Source: Balanoglossus misakiensis (taxonomy: Eukaryota > Animalia > Hemichordata). Taken from it: DNA of 64,000 bases. The translations under genes were made by a program, and so were the position numbers. The DNA lies in the NCBI GenBank assembly GCA_040954595.2, contig CM082587.2:1889000-1952999 (forward strand), given 5' to 3'. This document shows, piece by piece, positions 27,001-38,500 of this stretch (its first letter is position 1; each line of letters begins with the position of its first letter). The notes below the pieces were generated by a model. The model saw only the letters and a list, made by a program, of their open reading frames with translations. It had not been told where the DNA came from and searched no databases.

Positions 27001-30000
27001 AACCATGGGTTATAGCTCATGAAAATCATCCAGAAATGTCAATTTTTCGACTTCGCGGAATTTCAAAATTTGGTCATATTTTGAAAAAACCATGGGTTAT
27101 AGCTCAGGAAAATCGTCAAAAATCGAAGATTTTTCGACTTTGCGAATTTTCAAAATTTGGTCATTTTTTGAAAAAACCATGGGTTATAGCTCAGGAAAAT
27201 CGTCAAAAATCGAAGATTTTTCGACTTTGCGAATTTTTAAAATTTTGTCATTTTTTGAAAAAAACATGGGTTATAGCTCAGGAAAATCGTCATAAATCGA
27301 AGATTTTTCGACTTTGCGAATTTTCAAAATTTGGTCATTTTTTGAAAAAACCATGGGTTATAGCTCAGGAAAATCGTCAAAAATCGAAGATTTTTTGACT
27401 TTGCGAATTTTCAAAATTTGGTCATTTTTTGATAAAAACCATGGGTTATAGCTCATGAAAATCATCCAGAAATGTCAATTTTTCGACTTCGCGGAATTTC
27501 AAAATTTGGTCATATTTTGAAAAAACCATGGGTTATAGCTCAGGAAAATCGTCAAAAATCGAAGATTTTTCGACTTTGCGAATTTTCAAAATTTGGACAT
27601 TTTTTGAAAAAACCATGGGTTATAGCTGAGGAAAATCGTCAAAAATCGAAGATTTTTTGACTTTGCGAATTTTCAAAATTTGGTCATTTTTTGAAAAAAC
27701 CATGGGTTATAGCTCAGGAAAATCGTCAAAAATCGAAGATTTTTCGACTTTGCGAATTTTCAAAATTTGGTCATTTTTTGAAAAAAAACCATGGGTTATA
27801 GCTCAGGAAAATCATCCAGAAATGTCAATTTTTCGACTTCGCGGAATTTCAAAATTTGGTCATTTTTTGATAAAACTATGGGTTATAGCTCATGAAAATC
27901 ATCCAGAAATGTCAATTTTTCGACTTCGCGGAATTTCAAAATTTGGTCATTTTTTGATAAAAACCATGGGTTATAGCTCATGAAAATCATCCAGAAATGT
28001 CAATTTTTCGACTTCGCGGAAGTTCAAAATTTGGTCATTTTTTGATAAAAACCATGGGTTATAGCTCATGAAAATCATCCAGAAATGTCAATTTTTCGAC
28101 TTCGCGGAATTTCAAAATTTGGTCATTTATTGATAAAAACCATGGGTTATAGCTCATGAAAATCATCCAGAAATGTCAATTTTTCGACTTCGCGGAATTT
28201 CAAAATTTGGTCATTTTTTGATAAAAAACATGGGTTATAGCTCATGAAAATCATCCAGAAATGTCAATTTTTCGACTTCGCGGAATTTCAAAATTTGGTC
28301 ATTTTTTGATAAAAACCATGGGTTATAGCTCATGAAAATCATCCAGAAATGTCAATTTTTCGACTTCGCGGAATTTCAAAATTTGGTCATTTTTTGATAA
28401 AAACCATGGGTTATAGCTCATGAAAATCATCCAGAAATGTCAATTTTTCGACTTCGCGGAATTTCAAAATTTGGTCATTTTTTGATAAAAACCATGGGTT
28501 ATAGCTCAGGAAAATCGTCAAAAATCGAAGATTTTTCGACTTTGCGAATTTTCAAAATTTGGTCATTTTTTGAAAAAACCATGGGTTATAGCTCAGGAAA
28601 ATCGTCAGAAATCGAAGATTTTTCGACTTTGCGAATTTTCAAAATTTGGTCATTTTTTGAAAAAAACCATGGGTTATAGCTCATGAAAATCGTCAAAAAT
28701 CGAAGATTTTTCGACTTTGCGAATTTTCAAAATTTGGTCATTTTTTGAAAAAACCATGGGTTATAGCTCAGGAAAATCGTCAGAAATCGAAGATTTTTCG
28801 ACTTTGCGAATTTTCAAAATTTGGTCATTTTTTGAAAAAACCATGGGTTATAGCTCAGGAAAATCGTCAGAAATCGAAGATTGCGAATTTTCAAAATTTG
28901 GTCATTTTTTGATAAAAACCATGGGTTATAGCTCATGAAAATCATCCAGAAATGTCAATTTTTCGACTTCGCGGAATTTGAAAATTTGGTCATATTTTGA
29001 AAAAACCATGGGTTATAGCTCAGGAAAATCGTCAAAAATCGAAGATTTTTCGACTTTGCGAATTTTCAAAAATTTGGTCATTTTTTGAAAAAACCATGGG
29101 TTATAGCTCAGGAAAATCGTCAGAAATCGAAGTTTTTTCGACTTTGCGAATTTTCAAAATTTGGTCATTTTTTGATAAAAACCATGGGTTATAGCTCAGG
29201 AAAATCGTCAAAAATCGAAGTTTTTTCGACTTTGCGAATTTTCAAAATTTGGTCATTTTTTGATAAAAACCATGGGTTATAGCTCAGGAAAATCGTCAAA
29301 AATCGAAGTTTTTTCGACTTTGCGAATTTTCAAAATTTGGTCATTTTTTGATAAAAACCATGGGTTATAGCTCAAGAAAATCGTCAAAAATCGAAGATTT
29401 TTCGACTTTGCGAATTTTCAAAATTTGGTCATTTTTAAAAAAAAACCATGGGTTATAGCTCAGGAAAATCGTCAAAAATCGAAGATTTTTCGACTTTGCG
29501 AATTTTCAAAATTTGGTCATTTTTTGAAAAAAACCATGGGTTATAGCTCATGAAAATCATCCAGAAATGTCAATTTTTCGACTTCGCGGAATTTCAAAAT
29601 TTGGTCATTTTTTGATAAAAAACATGGGTTATAGCTCATGAAAATCATCCAGAAATGTCAATTTTTCGACTTCGCGGAATTTCAAAATTTGGTCATTTTT
29701 TGAAAAAACCATGGGTTATAGCTCAGTAAAATCATCCAGAAATCGAAGATTTTTCGACTTTGCGAATTTTCAAAATTTGGTCATTTTTTGATAAAAACCA
29801 TGGGTTATAGCTCATGAAAATCATCCAGAAATGTCAATTTTTCGACTTCGCGGAATTTCAAAATTTGGTCATTTTTTGATAAAAACCATGGGTTATAGCT
29901 CATGAAAATCATCCAGAAATGTCAATTTTTCGACTTCGCGGAAGTTCAAAATTTGGTCATTTTTTGATAAAAACCATGGGTTATAGCTCATGAAAATCAT

Positions 30001-32628
30001 CCAGAAATGTCAATTTTTCGACTTCGCGGAATTTCAAAATTTGGTCATTTTTTGGAAAAAACCATGGGTTATAGCTCAGGAAAATCGTCAAAAATCGAAG
30101 ATTTTTCGACTTTGCGAATTTTCAAAATTTGGTCATTTTTTGAAAAAAACCATGGGTTATAGCTCAGGAAAATCGTCAAAAATTGAAGATTTTTCGACTT
30201 TGCGAATTTTCAAAATTTGGTCATTTTTTGAAAAAACCATGGGTTATAGCTCAGGAAAATCGTCAAAAATCGAAGATTTTATGACTTTGCGAATTTTCAA
30301 AATTTGGTCATTTTTTGAAAAAAACCATGGGTTATAGCTCAGGAAAATCGTCAAAAATCGAAGATTTTTCGACTTTGCGAATTTTCAAAATTTGGTCATT
30401 TTTTGAAAAAAACCATGGGTTATAGCTCAGGAAAATCGTCAAAAATTGAAGATTTTTCGACTTTGCGAATTTTCAAAATTTGGTCATTTTTTGAAAAAAC
30501 CATGGGTTATAGCTCAGGAAAATCGTCAAAAATCGAAGATTTTATGACTTTGCGAATTTTCAAAATTTGGTCATTTTTTGAAAAAAACCATGGGTTATAG
30601 CTCAGGAAAATCGTCAAAAATCGAAGATTTTTCGACTTTGCGAATTTTCAAAATTTGGTCATTTTTTGAAAAAAACCATGGGTTATAGCTCAGGAAAATC
30701 GTCAAAAATCGAAGATTTTTCGACTTTGCGAATTTTCAAAATTTGGTCATTTTTTGAAAAAAACCATGGGTTATAGCTCAGGAAAATCGTCAAAAATTGA
30801 AGATTTTTCGACTTTGCGAATTTTCAAAATTTGGTCATTTTTTGAAAAAACCATGGGTTATAGCTCAGGAAAATCGTCAAAAATCGAAGATTTTATGACT
30901 TTGCGAATTTTCAAAATTTGGTCATTTTTTGAAAAAAACCATGGGTTATAGCTCAGGAAAATCGTCAAAAATCGAAGATTTTTCGACTTTGCGAATTTTC
31001 AAAATTTGGTCATTTTTTGAAAAAACCATGGGTTAAAGCTCAGGAAAATCGTCAAAAATCGAAGATTTTTCGACTTTGCGAATTTTCAAAATTTGGTCAT
31101 TTTTTGATAAAAACCATGGGTTATAGCTCATGAAAATCATCCAGAAATGTCAATTTTTCGACTTCGCGGAATTTCAAAATTTGGTCATATTTTGAAAAAA
31201 CCATGGGTTATAGCTCAGGAAAATCGTCAAAAATCGAAGATTTTTCGACTTTGCGAATTTTCAAAATTTGGACATTTTTTGAAAAAACCATGGGTTATAG
31301 CTCAGGAAAATCGTCAAAAATCGAAGATTTTTTGACTTTGCGAATTTTCAAAATTTGGTCATTTTTTGAAAAAACCATGGGTTATAGCTCAGGAAAATCG
31401 TCAAAAATCGAAGATTTTTCGACTTTGCGAATTTTTAAAATTTTGTCATTTTTTGAAAAAAACATGGGTTATAGCTCAGGAAAATCGTCATAAATCGAAG
31501 ATTTTTCGACTTTGCGAATTTTCAAAATTTGGTCATTTTTTGAAAAAACCATGGGTTATAGCTCAGGAAAATCGTCAAAAATCGAAGATTTTTTGACTTT
31601 GCGAATTTTCAAAATTTGGTCATTTTTTGATAAAAACCATGGGTTATAGCTCATGAAAATCATCCAGAAATGTCAATTTTTCGACTTCGCGGAATTTCAA
31701 AATTTGGTCATATTTTGAAAAAACCATGGGTTATAGCTCAGGAAAATCGTCAAAAATCGAAGATTTTTCGACTTTGCGAATTTTCAAAATTTGGACATTT
31801 TTTGAAAAAACCATGGGTTATAGCTGAGGAAAATCGTCAAAAATCGAAGATTTTTTGACTTTGCGAATTTTCAAAATTTGGTCATTTTTTGAAAAAACCA
31901 TGGGTTATAGCTCAGGAAAATCGTCAAAAATCGAAGATTTTTCGACTTTGCGAATTTTCAAAATTTGGTCATTTTTTGAAAAAAAACCATGGGTTATAGC
32001 TCAGGAAAATCATCCAGAAATGTCAATTTTTCGACTTCGCGGAATTTCAAAATTTGGTCATTTTTTGATAAAACTATGGGTTATAGCTCATGAAAATCAT
32101 CCAGAAATGTCAATTTTTCGACTTCGCGGAATTTCAAAATTTGGTCATTTTTTGATAAAAACCATGGGTTATAGCTCATGAAAATCATCCAGAAATGTCA
32201 ATTTTTCGACTTCGCGGAAGTTCAAAATTTGGTCATTTTTTGATAAAAACCATGGGTTATAGCTCATGAAAATCATCCAGAAATGTCAATTTTTCGACTT
32301 CGCGGAATTTCAAAATTTGGTCATTTATTGATAAAAACCATGGGTTATAGCTCATGAAAATCATCCAGAAATGTCAATTTTTCGACTTCGCGGAATTTCA
32401 AAATTTGGTCATTTTTTGATAAAAAACATGGGTTATAGCTCATGAAAATCATCCAGAAATGTCAATTTTTCGACTTCGCGGAATTTCAAAATTTGGTCAT
32501 TTTTTGATAAAAACCATGGGTTATAGCTCATGAAAATCATCCAGAAATGTCAATTTTTCGACTTCGCGGAATTTCAAAATTTGGTCATTTTTTGATAAAA
32601 ACCATGGGTTATAGCTCATGAAAATCAT
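21061..32628 (-). repeat. Satellite DNA block 2: about 130 monomers in inverted orientation, mixed A/B subfamilies with higher-order repeats
   Basis: Reverse-complement monomers (CCATGGGTTATAGCTCAGGAAAATCG.. and ..CTCATGAAAATCATCCAGAAATGTC..). Diagnostic variants recur at 1129, 1394 and 4111 bp offsets. Confidence 0.98.
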
Positions 32629-33157
32629 TTCTGGATGATTTTCATGAGCTATAACTCATGGTTTTTGTCGAAATATGAAGAAATTTTGAAAACTCGCGAA
32701 GTCGAAAAATTGTCATTTCTGGATGATTTTCATGAGCTACAACCCATGGTTTTTGTCGAGAAATGAAGAAATTTTGAAAACTCGCAAAGTCGAAAAATGT
32801 TCATTTCTGGATGATTTTCATGAGCTATAACCCATGCTTTTTGTCAAAAAACGGCCAAATTTCGAAAACTCGCAAAGTCGAAAAATTGTCATTTCTGGAT
32901 GATTTTCATGAGCTATAACCCATGGTTTTTATCAATAAATGACCAAATTTTGAAATTCCGCGAAGTCGAAAAATTGACATTTCTGGATGATTTTCATGAG
33001 CTATAACCCATGGTTTTTATCAAAAAATGACCAAATTTTGAACTTCCGCGAAGTCGAAAAATTGTCATTTTTGGATGATTTTCATGAGCTATAATCCATG
33101 GTTTTTGTCGAGAAATGAAGAAATTTTGAAAACTCGCAAAGTCGAAAAATTGTCATT
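32629..33157 (+). repeat. Satellite DNA block 3: six diverged 88-bp subfamily-A monomers back in the block-1 orientation
   Basis: Units such as TTTCTGGATGATTTTCATGAGCTATAACTCATGGTTTTTGTCGAAATATGAAGAAATTTTGAAAACTCGCGAAG. Ends abruptly at ..TTGTCATT 33157. Confidence 0.95.
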
Positions 33158-33659
33158 GTGCATTCGTATTCTGGGTGCGCATCATCAGAAAAGTGTTTCT
33201 CTGAGTTGTAAAGTCGATTGAAATGTAATCAATTAGATTCCCTGGAAACGTTTCCAATCTAGAAAGTTGCCATGCGAGAACGGGACAATTCATCTAGTGT
33301 ATATTAAAGACACCAATAAAAAGCAACAGGTAACCACGACCTCCGCCGAAAACAATTAACATCTAATGTGTGAATTTCCTCTCAGGTGCAATTTTAGAGA
33401 TAGATTCTTGTTAACCTAATTACTCAAGCCGATAGCACCCTGGTTTATGATATTCTGACACTTATTGAAGAATGATACTAAGTTCTACTAAAACAGTAGC
33501 GTTGGCGATTAACTTGTGCAAATCTACGCCACATCTTTTTACCAATAGTTGGCAAGACTTGTTCTGTTGTTGTCGTGTTATGTGCTGTAGCAACACAATG
33601 AGGTAAATTAGCGGATTTATCCTATCCAAATTGTTGAAAAATTTATGAAACAAACTTAC

Positions 33660-33707
33660 CTTGTTTGATAGACAGAAACACTTCTCTGGGGTTAGCGTCG
33701 GCCATGT
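33660..33707 (-). other. Candidate 48-nt exon (MADANPREVFLSIKQ) of an unidentified minus-strand gene
   Basis: Minus strand reads ..tctcactag|AC ATG GCC GAC..AAA CAA G|gtaagt: an acceptor, an ATG in good context and a perfect donor. No homology recognised. Confidence 0.3.
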
Positions 33708-35553
33708 CTAGTGAGATTATGCAAGTCAATATTTTATGGTGGCTTTTAGCCTTTAATGTCTTGTAAAGGTTACGTCGCGCCATGTGTGCGCTTTGGGAGT
33801 GGCCCCTGCTTCTTACCTGCCATCAATCATTAATGGTAATGTTCTGTCAGCTGTACGAAAGCGATATACTGTATGTCTATACCTTGGAAGGTAGGTGCAG
33901 AGCGAGAATTGGTGTTCCACACGTCTCCTTGGCATACTCTTCTCAATTAATGCTTCTCGTGTGTCTGAGAGTAAGAAACCCAGGACGGATAGAAAAACAT
34001 AACACCAAAATTCAATTCCGCGTTGTCATTTGAGAATTTCCTGAAGTAGAAGTCTGTATCGAAGACAATATCCCCCCTGGGTTTTTTTAATATTTAGTGG
34101 GATATCATGACAAATCAGGTAAATGAGTGACGCAATACAAATCCAGGAGCCATACCGACGTAGAGATCAATTGGAAAAAAAAGATCTGGATAGAGCAGGA
34201 AAGTGTTCGAGTATTCAAGCCACGCACACGTTTGTGATTTTTGCAAGACTACCAATCAGATTGCGACTATTAAACCTTATTTTGATTAAACTCAGAGAAT
34301 GTCTCCTCAAACGAAACGCAATTTCCTCATAAAAGCCAAAAGTGAAAACCGCCGTGCCGCTTTGCAGGTGCAGTCATCGTAATTCCGGTCGTTGCCGTAG
34401 ATCCAGGATAGCAAAGCCCATTGGAAGGGACGGGTCAGTTTCTCCGGCTGGGGGTATATTATATTTGCGCACAACTGAATTGGCTAACCCTTAATGGAAA
34501 TGTAAAACAGAGTGACCCCCATCCCTTGCCAACTGAATAGTCCCTTAGACTGCAAACGACGGATTCGTTGCAGTAATCGATAGAGTTTTTTAAATGGATG
34601 ACGGCGTGCAGTCGACGACACGAAACTGATGTACAACTATCGGCTGAAAATAAAAACATTTTCGCAGCCACGCACCGGAATGTGCCCTAACATACTTACA
34701 GTTTGCATTAACCTACACGTCCAACCTATCACAACCAAACAACACCTCGCAGTTTTAAATTTGTGAGTTTCATGTCCTTGGACGCGATTATTTTCTCTGT
34801 GTTAGACCAAATCCATTCACTGACGCATGAAGCCCGTCACGTACTGACAAGAAAGCTACTGATTCTAAGCCTACTTCTAGAGATGTATACGGATGTAGTA
34901 AACATGCATACAACTCTTCAATTTGAGACGTATGTCTGAGCACGCCTACTCCCACAGCAATCGAAAACCAATCGTTAGAACTTGAAGAATGACTCAAGAA
35001 AACCGAGAGGCCAGGTGTTTTTCTTTGCCTAGATGTTTTTTACACACTCACCTTTACCCAAGTTTTCTACGAGCCTACTAATAACAAGCAAACGCTCTTC
35101 CAATTAATATAACAGTAGCATGGCATACAACTATAAATTTGAAAGTAAAATAATGAAAACATTGTAATCAGGTTCTGACGCTAAGGTTTTATTGCGGTCA
35201 CTGCAGCCAACTGAACAGTTAAAACGCCGTGGTAATAAAATGAAGTTCATTCCACAGAACAAGCGCTGTCGCTGAAAATCACGTTTCGAAGCTTTTTTAG
35301 AAGTGCCTTGCTATCAACTCTGGTTAAGGGTAAATTACCAGACAGGCGAGGAGTGCAATGTGAAAAACAAAACAAAAATCGATCAATTGGTACAAGTACA
35401 CTTGGCATTCGCTGTAATGACTGTTGAACGTAAGTACTAGAACTCAATTCTCTGTTCATTAGGCAGGGAATGAGGGTCAAATAACGGCAAGTGTGATACG
35501 TTTTAAATTCACCAGAAGAGACGTGCAGCTGCATTCTGAATAGACTAGATTAA

Positions 35554-35590
35554 TCTCTCTCTCTCTCTCCCTCTCTCTCTCTCTCTCTCC
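35554..35590. repeat. (CT)n microsatellite
   Basis: tctctctctctctctccctctctctctctctctctc. Confidence 0.9.
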
Positions 35591-38500
35591 CAAACACATT
35601 TAACAATTGTATCGGTATAGCACATACATTCACCAGACAATTCCCATAATCATAATCATGGATGATGGCGTATCAGCACGTATGACCACATTAATTGAAA
35701 TATTATCAGTGCAATTGTCACCTAAGAGTAGAGGGATTTAAGTACCACACTCATTCTATCGAGAGAACAGCTCAGACTTTTATTTGATTTTCTAACACCT
35801 TATTACAAGTCAAAGAAAAATGAGACGAAACAACTGAATAGGCGCTTGATTTACAAAAAGTAAGAACTCTCTTGTGATTTTGAATTCCCAATCAGTCAAA
35901 GCACACAATTGAACTCATCAACATGCAGGAACGGTTATATGATTTGACTCTGAGTGTTGTGACAGCTTCAGCTGTCGTTAAATCTCGAATCGCCCGGTGA
36001 TTGTTATGCACTTACGTCGAACGAGAGGCCGTAAAACCGAAGGGAATTCTGTCGGTGACGTGAGACCAACAGCGAATGAAAGAAGCGGCCGTTTAGGGAG
36101 CAAAGGTCTGAGAACAACCACAAGGGGGCTAGATGTTGTGCCCTTGTGGGAAATAAAACCCATGAAAAGCGACAGTGAGTTCACTCCGAAAAATAATCCG
36201 CACATTTGTGGTGGTTTGCCGAAGGTGGTTTGAAATTGACGGTTTCACTTTTATTGCACAAGTCAGCGATTAAAATGATGCCCGGCTGACTTAAGCTTGT
36301 CATATAAAGTTGTAATTCCCCAGTTCCCAGGACGAGAAGGATACGCTTTATGAATCTGTCACGAGGTACGACAGTTGTTCCCTTGGTGTTTGAATCTCTT
36401 TACCCGCATCACTTACTATGGGTTTGATATGTGAAGGTCATACAACAAATTCTGCCTAGTACACATATTTATTCGAGTTTTTATTTCCTCTTTGAATCAT
36501 TGCAATCGCGACTTATCCTTTCTACATGCATTTTTCAGATACAAAAGAGATCCAGTTAATAGTGAATTTGATTGAAGTGGTCCGTGAAATTAATTCTTGT
36601 GAGTGACTTCGCCGATGTCTTTCTGCGCTATTAACGATATCTGCTCCGAACTATTGAAGGCGTACCACCCACGCTTTTGTCTCTCGCGCAGAAGTTGTTG
36701 TACAAAGAACGGCCGATGAAATTGCTCTTTGATGTACTTTCGCCGCAAGTGCGGCAACAGAAATGTAAGAACGGACATTTAGGAACAATGAGTTTAACGA
36801 AGTGAAAACAACAAGATGTACCTTCTATGCAAATTACGGCGACAATGACGTCAACGTCCTCGGTTGAATCATTTATGAATTTAATGTATCTGAAAGTGCA
36901 AATTAGAGATATTATCGTCCCAGTCACGATTCGAACAAGATTCTGGATATGAAGGTAATGTTCACACGCGTAATTTGCTTCTTGTTCCACGAACAGAGAA
37001 ACCGTGTCTTGTTTAGATAACACCGAAACGCTAATGCGTGTCTCCGTGATACGTGAGCGCATCTATGCACATGTACGACATAAATCCCTCAGCCTTCGAT
37101 GTGTCAATATTGGTTAACATCAAGTTAAAGGATTTCTGAAATCTGTTTGAATACAAGGACACTGTCGATTTTGCACACATTGGCTGTGTTCAGAAGGGTA
37201 ACACTATACGCATTTAACCCAGCCTAAGGAGTTAACAAGAAACCAGGGTTGAAAGACAGAATAATAACACTGGAAAAAAATAGCCGAAAGAAATAAACAG
37301 CACATGCATTTAAAGTGTCTTGATCACCATTGAATTCGCTGAACAGACGGCGAATAAGGTGACGATCAATAGTTGTGTTATCTGTTCAACTATTTTTTTT
37401 TTATTTCAGTGGGGTGGTTGTGAAAACAAGCACGGTGTAGGCCTACATTAATAATTTCTGTCCCCATGTCCGACGAAACCTTTTATGTGTGTATATGCTG
37501 TGAGTATATTTTATTAATCACTGTCGGCCGAACATAAAAAATACATTGACCGAAAAATTAGGGCTAATGTACTAAGGCTTATACGAAGATGATTTACACA
37601 TCTTCCCTCCTGGCTACAATTAGAGTACCCTCAAGAGCGTATCACAGCGGCCGATAGAGGTCCTCTGTGAAATCTGGAATAACATACACAGGAAATGTTT
37701 GTGAAGATTTGGTATATTAAATATCAAAGTAGCCTGTGTAGTTGACCGAGCTTTCTGAAAGAAGGTTATTTGATATTGAAAATCACTTTGTTTTATACAA
37801 ACCAAGGCCAGTGGATCACAAGAGACAAAAAATCTGAATACCAAATGTTAAGCAATACATCAAGCGCATTTCGAGAAGATTTTCGGGGCCACAAATGGTA
37901 ATAGGGTACCCCCGAATGAAGTGATGGCTTGTTTTAGAAATTGACCGCAGCAACACGCTTTAGTTAATAACATCTATCACCCTAACATTTCTATTAATCG
38001 AAGGTGAGAATTAATCGCTTCAAATTCCCCAGGACCAAATACTAGTACATTCAATTAATAGACGGTCGCTGCCTAAATCAAATGGCCTTTGTCGAAATGA
38101 TACGTCCTAAAAAACGGAACCCATTTAGCTCGGTGCACTGTGGCATGCTGTATCCACTGTTCAAAGGAACTTTCTCGAAGCGAAAGTGCCTCAGATAAAC
38201 CTAATCATTTAGCTCAGTGAACTGTCACCAGCAATGTCCAAGACTGGGAAGAAATCTGATGGCAGCAGAGACAATCTAAATTGACGCCGGCGCCCAGGGT
38301 AACTTTTTCTCACGCTAGAACAAACTAACTCCGTGAAACACTTGATTACTTCTTGACGATTGAGATGCATCTGATCAAACGTGCACATTAATTTACACCT
38401 ACACTGATATCTTGATAACACTTGCTGTAATCCTCAACAACGCATATAGGTGCAGACGCTGTTGTCGACCCACAGTGGAGGGACTGTGATCAACCAGATG

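Noticed and set aside
1124-32181. Dozens of repetitive ORFs (MGYSSGKSSEIEDFSTLRIFKIWSFFEKT / KKPWVIAQENRQKSKIFRLCEFSKFGHFL), up to 388 aa
   Set aside because: 87 bp = 29 codons, so runs of 87-mers stay open by arithmetic. 88-mers shift frame at random, the ORFs flip strand with the array, and there is no sign of frame-preserving selection.
954-33157. CRISPR array
   Set aside because: No unique spacers, no cas genes, and the context is eukaryotic with spliced genes.
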